Shown one piece after another: positions 12,723-25,900 of a DNA stretch of 64,000 bases (position 1 is the first letter of the stretch; each line of letters opens with the position of its first letter). Under the pieces are notes generated by a model that searched no databases, was not told the DNA's origin, and was given only the letters and a program-made list of their open reading frames with translations. The position numbers and the translations under genes were made by a program. Origin of the DNA: Nageia nagi. Its lineage: Eukaryota; Plantae; Pinophyta. The stretch lies in contig JBITNC010000001.1 in assembly GCA_050084985.1 (NCBI GenBank), positions 29,264,001-29,328,000 on the forward strand. Direction: 5' to 3'.

Positions 12723-14310
12723 TGATTTTCATATTGTTTTTTCACAATGCTATATTCCTTTAAAAGATATGATCTATGTGAGTATATTTCTTTCATGTTT
12801 TGCAGGCTATATCTCACATTATGTTTTTGCATTAACTTCCCCATCTGTGAAGCTTTCCTAGGGTAACCAAGTCAAAAGGGGGCATATAGGAGGCAACAAG
12901 TTGTTGACATTCAAAAACCATTCAGGGAAATGCTCTTTAAATTCATTGAAAATTTTTCTACACTTCTCTTTCATTCTTTGGATTATGCATATTTTAATGT
13001 TTTTCATTACATATCCAAAGAGAGGCAAAATGTAGATGATTAAAAATGATTTATTATTTATTAATATTTCATATATTAAATTATCTACGCTATATATTTT
13101 TCAAATAATATAAATATCTATAATATTAAGGCTAATATGCTAATTAAATGTTAAACATGTGCTAATCAATGCTAATATCTCTTAATCATGTTTATATCTA
13201 AAATTATCTTGAGAATGCAATTAATATTACATGTTATTCTATAATTCTATTGAAAAGATCATTATTATTCTAAATTTGGCTCTCACTCTCTCTTTCATCC
13301 TTGCAAGTATAAAAGGAGGTGCACAACACAATAATCCATATCGATTCTCTTTGTTAGGTGGTTGTCCATACATCAGCTACTACATTTATAGTGTTTCTAG
13401 ATGCCACTTATATGAGAATATGTTATGATCTAAGATTTTATTATTTGTTATACTTGTATGCAATTTAGTTCTATAGGTTTTACAACATCCACATCGTAAA
13501 ATTTGTACGTTGCCCATGGTGTGCATCTTCATGATCTAGACCTACAAATAAAGGAGGTGATGAATGCTAGTCTACATGATTCATTATCATCTACATTCTC
13601 CCCTCTAATCCGATTCAATCCTTTGTATATCTCTATAATACTTTGAGGATTGTCTTATCATAATTAGGTGCACACTTTTCATTTATTTATTTGTATATTT
13701 GAATAAGTGTTATATTTGTGAATTTATTTTGTATTTATATTATTATTTACATAATTTGCTATCTACAAGAATGTGAAGTGATCAAGAACTAATTCAAGAG
13801 AAGTTTAAAATAGTTATAAAATTGAATTGGTAGCACTAAACCATTATAAACTCCTTCAAAAATATTATAAAGAAAAAAATTTCAAACAAGAAATGAATGA
13901 TTGAATCTTCTAAGGGTTTGCCAAGGAATAGACATGGAATCCTAAAAGTATTATGTCAATATACCATTAGAATCAAACGATAAAGGAAATCAACATATAA
14001 ATACTCTTATATTTGTTCAAAATTTTGATATTAGAGGATTTTTGAGATATTTGTATGACTTTAAAGGAAACATCATATAAGAATTATTCAATATTTGATA
14101 ATCTTATGCAATGCTTGTCATATGTTCCTAGAAGAAGAATTTGAAATGGAATTGATAAATAAAGTTTACTTCTTTTGGACCCTATACTGATCCTAAAATC
14201 ATATTAGATTGTGTTACTAACATATGGATCAAAACTTTATTTGGTTATATAGCCATCAATTTTCTAGGAATACTCCATGAAGTACAATAAAACTAAACAA
14301 ATAATGTATA

Positions 14311-14536
14311 ACCATTAAACCACATGAAGGACTTTGGGTTTTGAACTTAAACCTCCACTATAAAAATTGCCTAATTTATTTAATAAATTTTCTATTAATA
14401 CTTGAATATAAATGTTTTAATATTATTATATAGAAATATAATAAAAAAAACTAGTTTAAATATCTTAAATATATATCTACAAAACATCAAGAGATATCAT
14501 TCTCGAAGCATCTATATTAAATATCTTTATACCATA
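14311..14536 (+). repeat. ~225-bp AT-rich direct repeat, copy 1
   Basis: Near-identical to 16807-17031 (ACCATTAAA..GAACTTAAACCTCCACTATAAAAATTGCC..GAGATATCATTCTCGAAGCATCTAT..ACCATA). Confidence 0.9.
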
Positions 14537-14759
14537 GCTTATCAATCAACTATTAAAGAAAATAATTATTTATGGTTTGATAAATTACTTTATAAATAAC
14601 TATCAACCTAAACATACTTGTCCAATAATCAATACATGATGATTCATTACAAGTCAAAATCATTCTCTGCAAAAATCTTGATGATTTTCAAAGACACAAA
14701 TTATGTGAGATTATCGAAAGAGTAAGGTTCGAATAATTAAGAACTAAAAGATCACAAGG

Positions 14760-15290
14760 GAAGGCTTGGGGATGAGCCTTAATTCTAAGTTGGGGAGGAT
14801 GTTAACAAGAGAGAATTTCAAATATACCCCAACTCACTTGGCAATTTGGACACTTATGACGATCAAATGATTTAGCAATTCAATGGGTATAACAATTCAA
14901 AGAAGTATGGCAATGCAAAGAACGGGATTTCCATTTAGCAATACAAAGACCAATATTGATTATAGTGATTGAATATTTGGATTCTAAGAATAACTAATTA
15001 TAAGTAATGTAAACTATTATATTATGACTTGTAAACTATTATATTATGACTTAGTGTAATGGATCATTATGTCTCTTGAATAAAGCATATACATATATAA
15101 ATACCAGATAGTAAATTAAGGGAGCCATGATGAGCGATTGAAAGATGATAGAAGTTCAATAATATATTATAATAACTATCATATTACTATTTATGACTTG
15201 TATTATAAGATATTAATATAAATCATACCCTCATTCTTTAAATTATTAACTGTTCAAGTTCTATTGATCTTCTTGTTTTATTCTCATCAA
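14760..15290 (+). mobile_element. Possible Ty3/gypsy 3' end: PPT plus LTR relic
   Basis: AAGTTGGGGAGGA immediately followed by TGTTAAC (~14788-14806), then AT-rich LTR-like sequence with a 22-bp tandem duplication at ~15008-15051. No partner LTR. Confidence 0.35.
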
Positions 15291-16806
15291 ACAACTCATT
15301 TTATCATCTATAATAAAGAACCCTTATGATCAAATTATTTTGTATACTCAAACCAATCAACACTTGAAACTAAGGGATTTAAAAGGATGTTAAAAGACTT
15401 ATCTATCTATATACATGTTATGTTCTTGAATAGATTAAGAATCTCACCACCATTTCCATGTAACTATTATAAAGTATTAAAGATAAGTAAGGGAGTTGCT
15501 AAAATTAAATTGTAACATAAACTTAATTATAGAACAATAGATAGATAGTTATTTTTAACATCATTTTAGACCTATAAAAGTCTATCTATAAGTAAATATA
15601 TATCACTTAAGTATTTGAATAATTATTCCACATATAAAGAAACATATTGAATAATGCATAGATATTCCAAGAAAAATAAGAATACTCCCAAGGATAATTG
15701 ACCACAATCACTCACACCCATCCAATGAAAATAAATCATTAAAATAAAATTCTAGAACTAGATTAAGCACAATATGATGATGTTTGTTAAAACCTCTAAA
15801 CAATAACTTATCACCTCTTACTAGGGTACTTGGGAGATAAGTGAGATGTGAAGGAACCCACATTGAACATATTCCATTCTACTCTTACCCCTTATATTGG
15901 TGATATTTAAAATATCTTGATAAATCAAACGAATAGGTTTTAAGGGTATTACATGTTGACTTTAACTTTATTAAAATATTAGAAAAAAGATTAAAAAAAT
16001 ATTTAACAAAAATAGAAAATAAATAATTACAAAATATAGAGTAAGGTATTCATTCTCAGTAACAAAGAATCCCACAACTATTAGAAATGGGCTTTCCTAT
16101 CTATGGGAAGTGTGTTATTTTGACCCAGTGATTAGAAAATCACCAATAAATCACCATTTTTGCAATTTATCATGATGTTTTCTAAAATTATGATTTTTCC
16201 TTTTAGTGTATTTATTTTTTTAAAAGTGTTACAATTTATTGCTAATTTAAAAAATGGTTTTTTCTAATTTTTAAAAATTGGACTAGAGTGGATTTTTTAT
16301 TTTACTAATTTCATAAAAATTATTATGGCCAACACATTAGTAAGTCTATTATATTGATAAGGATGTGGCTATCCTCGAGCTACTTTCAACTACATACTTT
16401 GGGGGTATATCTTGTAAATCTTGGGGTATATACCTCAAATAAGCCAAAATTGATCAAGTTGGATAAATAAAGGGCAAACTCAGCCAAATTCAAGCACTTG
16501 TAACTAATATGAACCTATTCCACCAATGATATACCCTTAGAGTATGTACTAAATTTTGCTGGAGGATAACTTACCCCTATTGATAATATTATCAATTTTT
16601 ATTTTATCGATTCTAAAAGTTATAGCATTCAATTCATTAATCATATCATTAACAATATTGAGTTATTATTTCTCACTTATGATATTCAAAATGATAAAAT
16701 TAATGTATATTAAATATTTATTATTACCAATTTTTTTAATATACAAATAAAAAAAAAGGTACTTAAAACTCATCTTAACTATCTAAAACTATACAAATAA
16801 TGTAGA

Positions 16807-17031
16807 ACCATTAAAACACGTGAAGGACATTGGGTTTTGAACTTAAACCTCCACTATAAAAATTGCCTAATTTATTTAATAAATTTTTCTATTAATACTT
16901 GAATATAAATATTTTAATATTAATATATAGAAATATAATAAAAAATTAGTTTAAATATCTTAAATATATATCTACAAAACATCAAGAGATATCATTCTCG
17001 AAGCATCTATCTTAAATATCTTTATACCATA
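16807..17031 (+). repeat. ~225-bp AT-rich direct repeat, copy 2
   Basis: See 14311-14536; a more diverged partial copy lies at ~28810-28920. Confidence 0.9.
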
Positions 17032-18408
17032 TATAAATATTATTAAATAAAAATATAACAAAAATTATAAAAATACAATAAATATCTCACATATTATTCG
17101 TAAAAAAATAATAAATATTACTTAAGAACAATTAAATATAATATAAAAATTAAATATAAAAAAGGGTTGTGGATTAATTTTTTAATGTCGACTTATTCTT
17201 ATTATTTTTTAAAAATGTTTAATTATTTATTTACATGTTAAATTAATTTTTTCAATTATTTTTTAAATATAGTTGAATTTTTATAATTCTAAATTTATTA
17301 AAGTTAATTTTTATAATATTACCATTGTAGGATGCCTCTCAACGTAATTATAGCATCCACATATATTACTATCTTATATTTCTAACATGCATTTATTAGA
17401 ACACTAAATTGTATCCATTATGAGATGTCTATTTTAAATAAAACTTACTAATCTTATTATATGCAACATTAACTATAAACTATTGGCATTTTCAATTATA
17501 TACCTTATAGATATTTAAGTTAGTTAAGTATAGCTTACTCTACTTCTTATATGTCCAAATTCATATAATTAAAAAGTAAAAAATAATAAAAAATGGATAA
17601 GAATATGTGATCAAAATATTTCCATTTTTGCAAAGTAAATTTTGTTTTAACTTATAAGTGGAGGATTTTTTTTTAGTTCAACCTTCAATTGTAGAATGTC
17701 CTAGTTTTAAGTTTAGAGGATAATGAAGTTAATTTCTTCATAAAATTTAAGCTTCCATCTATATTACATATAAAAAACAACTTAATTTTTATTATAATAA
17801 TAACTTTTTTATATTAGAAGTTTTACACCTTTAGAACAAACTTTATAGGTGTATCATTGATATTCATAGAAGGATGTAGATGGATTTGTTGAAGTTAATG
17901 GAAGAATCACAAGAATACAAAAGACTAAAAAGGTAACACTAACAACTTAGCCTTTGACCCTTAATATAAAAACTTATTTACAACTCTAAACTCCATTACC
18001 AAAGACTATGAATATTAGCCAAGCCTTAGCAATCTCTAATAGAATTAAAGTGTCATCTATAAAGGTAAAATAAATTTATAAGATTTAGGTTATGCAGAGG
18101 AAAAGCTACAATTGGGTGCAAAGTTGATTGGGTGCTACATAAACATAGTGACTTGGAGGGTATCGATAAGGATGAGATTCAATATAATTTAGCTATGGTG
18201 GTCATCAACATAGATGAAGTGGTATTTTTGATGCACAATATGTATGGGTTTATGAACATACTCATCTCTAAAAAGGGAGGGACTTATGATACCTTAGCTA
18301 AGATTTGACTTTGTTGTTACCAATAGAATATGTGGCCATGCTAGAGTCAAACCTTTGAAAAAGTAAATCTATTAACTCATAAGGACTTTAATAGAATGAT
18401 CTATAAAT

Positions 18409-18411
<3 letters not shown>

Positions 18412-18472
<61 letters not shown>
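18412..18472. repeat. (TA)n microsatellite
   Basis: Read directly. Confidence 0.95.
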
Positions 18473-18475
<3 letters not shown>

Positions 18476-19332
18476 GGTAGAAAAATAATTTAAGATAATT
18501 TACGAAGAGAAGGAGCAATATTAGTTGAGTTAAGTAAAATGAAGGATTTGATCTTAATTTTTTTCATCCAATCTAAATGAAAGTTCATTCATAAAATGTG
18601 AAGGGTTTTAACAATAAGCTTTCTTTAAATGCTATTGAAATACTCATAAAGGATCAAAAACTAAGTTGTGTGGTTACACAAGAGACCCTATTTTTAGGAG
18701 AGAATTTTTAATGTATAGTGATAGGTTTGGTGAGGTTATGATTCCCTAACCATGGATTCTATTGGAGATTTTGGAAGGGTAGAATGCCTTTGAAATCTAT
18801 ATCACTTGATATCATTTTATTTTTGAATCAGATCAACCCTTGTGTATGTAAGTAGATAGAGACAACCTCGATAATAACTATAATAATGATAAAATATGTA
18901 CAGAACCCTATATCTATAGAGCAAAAGGTATTAAAGATTATTGAACTCCACTATTTTAAATGTATGATATTTAATAGATATGTATCATTTTGATCTAAAT
19001 GATAAAAAATATTTATTACATTGAAGACATTCTCTCTATGAGCTTTTCAAGCTCATTTTTTTATGAGCTTTCCGAGCTCTTTCTTTTCATCAATAGATGA
19101 TCTTTATGCAGGATGTATGTGGATGTTATACATGACATTAATGAATGGTATTTACATAGAATGTATGTTGTATGTGAATGTTATACGTGATGGTAAAATG
19201 CTTTGGATCCATTGGATCTAATTTTTCTCATAGTAAATAAATCACTTTCAGTCATTTTCCATTATAGCATGCATCAAACATCTTTTCAAAATAATTCCAG
19301 GCATGTGGTAAAAATATGGAACAATCTTCGTC

Positions 19333-19645
19333 ATAGAATTCCATGAAATTATGTTGCATCTTTTCAAATAATTCATGATCCCTTTTAACGAATTTGTTTT
19401 ATGCATATCCTGCAATCATTGCATTTCATAAAATTGTATTTGCATCATGCATCTTGTCAAACAATTCATGGGCCCTTTCAATGTATTTATTTTGTGCATA
19501 TATTACAGTCATTGAATTCTATGATATTATGTTCACATCATGCATCTTGTCAAATAATTTTTGGTCCTTGTGTATTCTTCCACATTTTGAATACATGTCT
19601 ATTAGGGAAATTATAACCACAACATTTGACCAAAATACTTTATTT
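19333..19645 (-). pseudogene. PLS-class PPR protein fragment A
   Basis: Minus strand reads SNVVVIISLIDMYSKCGRIHKDQKLFDKMHDVNIIS*NSMTVIYAQNKYIERAHELFDKMHDANTIL*NAMIAGYA*N: tandem S/SS-type PPR motifs with stops. Confidence 0.88.
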
Positions 19646-19914
19646 GCTTTAACTACTATTGTTATTTGTTGCATTTGGTAAAATAGTGTCAATACCTATA
19701 GAAAAAAGCCATGTCACAAAATAGATACGTACTCTTACCATATTTGAAAGTGTAGGGAAGGATAAATATTATTACCTTTTGGTCTAATTACCCTAGTACA
19801 CATACAAATTATTCAATCTATTGAAATAATTTATGAATTTTTAATATTGAAGTAAATAATGAATAAAATATGTATTGGTGTAATTTTTTCCCTAATAGGT
19901 AAATTATATTAACA

Positions 19915-22900
19915 AACAATATTGGGTTTTATCTAAGTCTCGAAAACCAATCAAAATGATTTCATGCAAAATCGACTACCCAACTATGACCTATAAGTAG
20001 CTACATAGAGATCTAGACTTCCATGGAATATAGCCAAAATAATACTTTCTATCCTGAACATTATATGTAAATAGAACTGTAGCTATTCTACAGTCTTTTA
20101 ATACATTCAATATATACTACCTAGTTATATCCTAAAACCATAAAAATATCATTAGGTTTCCTTAGACTGAGTCATGTCCTACTTCAGGTTGTCCTATTCT
20201 CTAACCTTCATCATAATTATGTGCCTCTTGTTCCTAGTTTCCATAAAGAATTATTCCCTTGCATCCTCTGCAGAAGTCCTACCCATCATCGAGTAGAGGA
20301 TCCCATATTTGATCCAAGAGATTGGAGTTACATTCATGATTTTTGGTGCCTTAGGGGGGGGACGCTGCCATATTTGAATCTTCCTTAGGCTCAAGGCTAG
20401 CTTGAGTCTCTTTCTTGGCCTTTTCCAAAATCCTTGTTGAATCCCACTTATAAGGTACTTAATATTGCTTGTTATGTGCCTTGATCTGAGATACCTTCCT
20501 TTATTCTCCCATTTCCTCTTTACTTTAGCTATGTTTTACTTGGGCCTTCTCTTTCATTTCCTCCTTAAAAGGGGTAGGGTTTAACCTAGATTTATTTCTA
20601 AGGGGAGGGATGGAGGGGGTTATTCAAAGAAACCCTATGAGGAATTATCCTTACGAGGAGCCTTATGTTCTTCAAAGAGAGAAGGTTAGGGTTTTGGCTG
20701 CACTTTAGCTTCATTCTCAACTATATCCCTAACATTCTCATTCCCAAAAGAAATATCTTCATCTAAAACCTTATTATTTACCTTAATCTTGATCTTGATC
20801 AAAAATTGGGGGAGGAAACATGGGTTTTACCTTTCCTTGTAAAGGTTCATGTCTCCACTTGTCTCACCTCTGGTGTGGCTAGGGCTGCAGTTAGGGTTGA
20901 TTCTTAGTTCTTGCGCTTCTTTGAGGTTTCCCCATATTCCTCCTTTGGTTCCCTACTTTTATTTTTGAAGGACCTTCTCTCTCTCTCTCTTTTCCTTTTA
21001 CTTCTTCATGAATTTTAGGTTCCTAGGCTTCCAAGTGTACCTTTGGTTATTCTTGCAAAGCCATCTAATACATATAGGTGATTAAACCTTGGTATTAAAC
21101 TTCCTTCTTTGTTCCATCCCTAACATTCTCAATCTAGGTTTTCACTGAATCAACCAATAAGAATGGAATGCACACCTTAAAATTATTCCCCCATCGGAAG
21201 TGAATTAGGAGAATAATGTGTGGTCCAAATATGATTGTATAACATATGTTTAGGGTAAAGTGTTTTTATTACCCAAAAGGCCATATGGTTCTAGGGTGCA
21301 ATTAGCTCCTTTCAATTGATACCCATCCTATCTTTTACCAAGGTTTCCCTTGGCCCATAAAATGTTACCATTTCCTATTCTATGATCTTAGTATTTTTCT
21401 TGAATAGTCTTCCATCTAAGCTCATTTTATGTGCTTCTACAATAACCTCTTTTGAGATATCAACCTTCACAGAACCCACCATGGTGTAGCTCCCTTTCCA
21501 ATCTCTCATCATTTTTTCAGTTATATTGGGGTCGAATCCTTTATAGTGACAAAGGAAATGCTTGATCCCCCCTTCTTGAAGAGCTTCCAATAAATCCTAT
21601 CATGCTTTAGCTCCTCCACACTACTCATTTTTGTTCTACTAACCTTCTCTATTATATCCATTTCCCCAAGTTTTCGCAACTTCACGAAGATACACTTATT
21701 GAGTTGATGGAAATGGAATGTGTCACCTTTCTTCTCACAACTTAAAATTTTGTGCAATCCATTAAGTCTCTCATGCCAAGTTGTCACGTCATAGGATCTA
21801 AGTATTAGAGAGGTTACATGGGTTAATATATTATCATTTTTAAGTAACCCCCTTATCCCCCTAATAATGCATTTGAAATCCATTGACATCATGAATTTAC
21901 CACTAATCCATACCTCATATGAAGTGGCATCGGGATGAGACTCTAAATGGAGTAAAATAATAATACTTGCTAGCTTGGTATCTTTATCAAGGTCCACCTT
22001 AACACACTCTTTAACATTTTCTACTACCAACCTGAGACATGTTTAGAGAGTTTCGTCCATCATTCGGTTGTGTTCCTTGAATATTTAGGTGTTTCTATCC
22101 TTCCATATGTCCCACAACACATGCAAGGCTATCATTTCCTAGCCTCATTGGGATTTAATTTTTCTTACAACCAAGGTATCCACCATTGGAAAATTATCTT
22201 TACCATCAATTCTAGCTTAGCCCATTAGAACTGCATTTATTGTAAAATATTGTCCCAAACCTCACTAATAAAATTCACATTGAGCTAATAGATGATCAAT
22301 TGTTTCTTCTCCATTTTTGCACATTATGCACCTGTTAGGCATTTTCCATCCTTTTTTCTTTAAGTTATCATAGGTGTGTATTCTTTTCAGTGTTGCAACC
22401 TACCCAAACCATGAGAGTTTTGGAATTGTCCCTTTTGTCCATATTTTTTCCCATAGAATCTTTCTCTTGTATACCTCATTTGAATTCAAGTTGTGGTATA
22501 CTAGCTTGATAGAGTAAGATTTTTCCTTACCCTCTTTATCTATCCAAATGAGGATATCCTCTTTCTATGTAATAAAAAAATTGATTTTGGATAATCTCTA
22601 TTTAACTTCTCCATTTGATTTCTAATGATTGGGTCAGGTGCTAGAGGAAGAGTCCATTCCAAATTATCATCATCCCTTCTATTGAGGTAACAAGCAATTT
22701 TGGTACCTACATTAACTTTTTCCCAATTCATCAGTTGGGAGATTTTGGGTTCTTGAGCAAGTGAGAATTTCTCCAACCACCTTTCATCCCAAAATAGAAT
22801 AGTGTTGCCATTGTATACTTTCCACCAAGAGTTTTGCAGAAGAGAGTCCTGAACTCTAATTAGACCATTCCAGAATATAGAGCCCTTGGAGGGGAATCTT

Positions 22901-25900
22901 ATTGTCACTAAATTTGTTTCTCCTTATAGATACTTATGTTTGTATATTATGATCCATTCCTTATTTTCACTTGCACATAAATTCCAAGCAAGCTTGATTA
23001 TGAATGCTTGATTTACCAATCTAATGGTCCAGGAAACCAAAGACATTCTTCTCTTTTCTTCCACCCCAGTCCAGATGAATCTTGCATAGATTTGGTCAAT
23101 TCTTTGAGCTACTAGGGCTGGGATAGGGAATACACTTGCCATGTAAACATGAATACTTTGTAATGTGGCTTTTACTAGTATCTTTCTTTTCATACTAAGG
23201 AGTGCTCCTTTCCACCCTAATAGTTTCTTATCAAACTTGTTCATAAATCTATTCTAGAATTATTTTTGTATTCTACCAAAGAATAGTGGCAAGGTAAATT
23301 GATGGGAAAGTACTAATTTGACACTGTAATACTCTTGTAATCCTTTCCCTTTTATCTTCAAGGGTATTGAAAAAGAAAATGCTCATTTTGTCATAATTAA
23401 TCTTATGATTAGAGTCTTTCTCATAGCTATCCAATATATTTTTGAACTCTTTTGCTTCTATCAGCCTTGCTTTCCCTACTAAGATGGTATCATCTACAAA
23501 TTGGTGATGGGTGACATTATAACAATTTGGTGTCAGTTTAATTACTTGAATTTTCCTTAACCTATTTGCACTAGTTATTATTCTACCAAGAGCTTCTACC
23601 ATAGTGATGAAAAGATATGGGAAAATCTGATCACCTTATCTTAATCCTTGGCTTGAATTAAAAAAACCAATAGGTTCTCTATTCATAAGTACTAAAAAAG
23701 TAGATGAAGAGATACATAATTGTATCCAATTTCTCCATTGGTTTCAGAATCCAAACCTAGATAGCACCTTATCTAAGAATTTCCATGAGATTCTATCATA
23801 TGCTTTCTACACATCTAGTTTGATCAACATCCCTTCTTGATTATTTCTTTTAATTATATGGACCACTTCATGCATTAGGATTATCCCATCTGCTATCTGT
23901 ATCTCCTTAACAACACCATCTTATGCTTATAAAATTATCTTTGGAAAAATTTCCTTCATTTGGTTAGCTAATAGTTTGGTGATAATTTTATATATTGTGT
24001 TACATAAGCTTATTGATATAAGTTTTTTGAGGTTGTTTACTCCTTTTACCTTAAGTATCAAAGCTAGGAAAGTTGTGTTCCAACTTCTCAACAAAGAGTT
24101 GTTTCGCTAAAACTCCTAAACAACTTTCAATACATCTTCTCCTACAATCTCCCAATAACATTCAAAGAATTTTGTTGAAAACTCATCCGAGAAAAGTCCT
24201 TTATTTGGGTCCATTTCAAAGAGAGAGTCTTAGATTTCTTCATCAGAAAATGGTTTTACTAGTTTTTTATTATCTTCATCAATGATCAAGGTTGGGATAT
24301 TGTTAAGTAGCATATCTACTACATTTTGGTCTACTTTTGAGCTTTTTGTTAGAAGGTTTTTATAGAACTCCACTATTGTTTGCTTTATTTATTCAACTTC
24401 TCTTGCTATTTCCCCATTATCAGTTACAAGTTCTTGAATCCTATTGAAATCTCTCCTTAATGTTGTAAACTTGAAGAACTTAATGTTTCTATCACCTTCT
24501 TTAACCTATGATACTCTTGATTTCTACCTCCAATAAGTCTCTTCATTTTGGAGAATTTTAAGGAGATTCAATTTAATTTATTTTTCCTTTTCCTCTAGCT
24601 CCTCATTTCTTCCTTCTTGCTAGATTCTTAATTCTATATCCCAGAGTTCCAATTTCAGGAATTCTTTATTTTTCTATCAAGTTGTTTGAAAACCTCCCAA
24701 TTCCACTTTTTTAATTTCTTTTTGAAATTTTTAATCTTAGTATATAGTTGAAACATTTTGCTACCCTTGGTAGGAATATTCCATCATTCTTGAATATTAT
24801 CAAATATATCATGATGATTTAGCCACATAGATTCGAACTTGAAGGGAATCTTCTTTTTAGAGTAAGGGATGGCTTGGAGGAGTATAGGGGTGTGATTTGA
24901 GGTGATCTTGGTTTAGGCCATAAGCAAGCAATCAGGGAATTGACTAATCCAATTCATTGTGCAGGCAACCTTATCCAACTTAGTATGAATTAGACCATCT
25001 CCTAATCTCATATTATTCCAAGTATACTCTACTTCAATTAGAACTTAATCCATCAGCTCATTATCATTTAGGAAATTCTTTAGATCCTTTAAGTCACTAT
25101 CTCATTCCTCAACCCCCCCTTTTATTCCATGCGGATGGAGAATTATGTTAAAATCTCCCGTTATAATCCATGGGAGTTCTTTGAAGCCTACTCTATTTGA
25201 CATTTGTTGTTTGAAGATCTGTATTCATTCTACTGAATCGTTTGGGGTATATAAATTTGTAACAACAAATTCAAATCGAAATTCTAAATTGATTGCAATA
25301 GTATGGATGTACCTTTGTGATTCTAGCATGTTTCTTTCTTTTAATATGTTGATGGTATATGGATTATATAAAGTAATTAGTCATCCTGATGAGCCTTCTA
25401 CTTCTCCGTAGACCAAATTAGCATCCTTCCATAATTTTATTTTAGTGCTTAAAACTCTATCATTTCTAACTTTTAACTCTTGAATCAGTACTATGTTTGG
25501 TTTACTTTCTTTCCATAGATCATTAAAGGATCTTTTTCTATCAAGGGTATTAATTCCCTTGATATTCCATGATAGGAGTTTCATCAAGATATGCATGGGG
25601 CCTTATTGGCCCCACTTAGCTCTAAGATGCATCAAGTCTTCCATTTGCCAGATCTTTTTCTATTTGTTTGTCTCTCATTTATTTAAGGGATGGGTGGCCT
25701 ACATGGCCTTTACTGGTATTTGGTGTTTTCTTGTATCCTTCGAATTATTTTCTTAGTATTTCCTCTAAGTTTTGGTCTCTTTCTTGTTATGGTCCATCAT
25801 TTTCATCTTTTCTAGCCCTCTTTCTAGCCTTATTTTGATCTCCATTTTCCTCATTGTTCCCTACTTCCATATCTTTTGGCTCTTAATCTAGATTAATTAG

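Larger units (their letters stand above)
6126..13767 (+). mobile_element. Non-autonomous LTR retrotransposon (Tat/Ogre-like LARD) with paired LTRs 6126-6863 and 13031-13767
   Basis: Two ~737-bp direct repeats, ~85-90% identical by eye, with (C/T)GTAGA...TCTACA ends. Flanks AGAAG/AGAAT (TSD 4/5). Degenerate PBS TAGTGAACC after LTR1, purine tract AAAGAGAGGCAAAA before LTR2, and TATAAAAG in both LTRs. No own pol recognisable. Confidence 0.88.

Noticed and set aside
12424-12763. Cys/Tyr/Met-rich ORFs of 93 and 109 aa
   Set aside because: Translation of the (TGTTA)n array, not a protein
13768-14300. A-rich decayed coding-like sequence (with 5514-6125), possibly an endogenous pararetrovirus
   Set aside because: No movement-protein, capsid or RT motif could be recognised
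16195-16208. CACTA-like terminus (reverse complement CACTAAAAGGAAAA)
   Set aside because: No matching second TIR with a 3-bp TSD and no transposase; the CACTATAAAAA at 14356 has non-matching flanks
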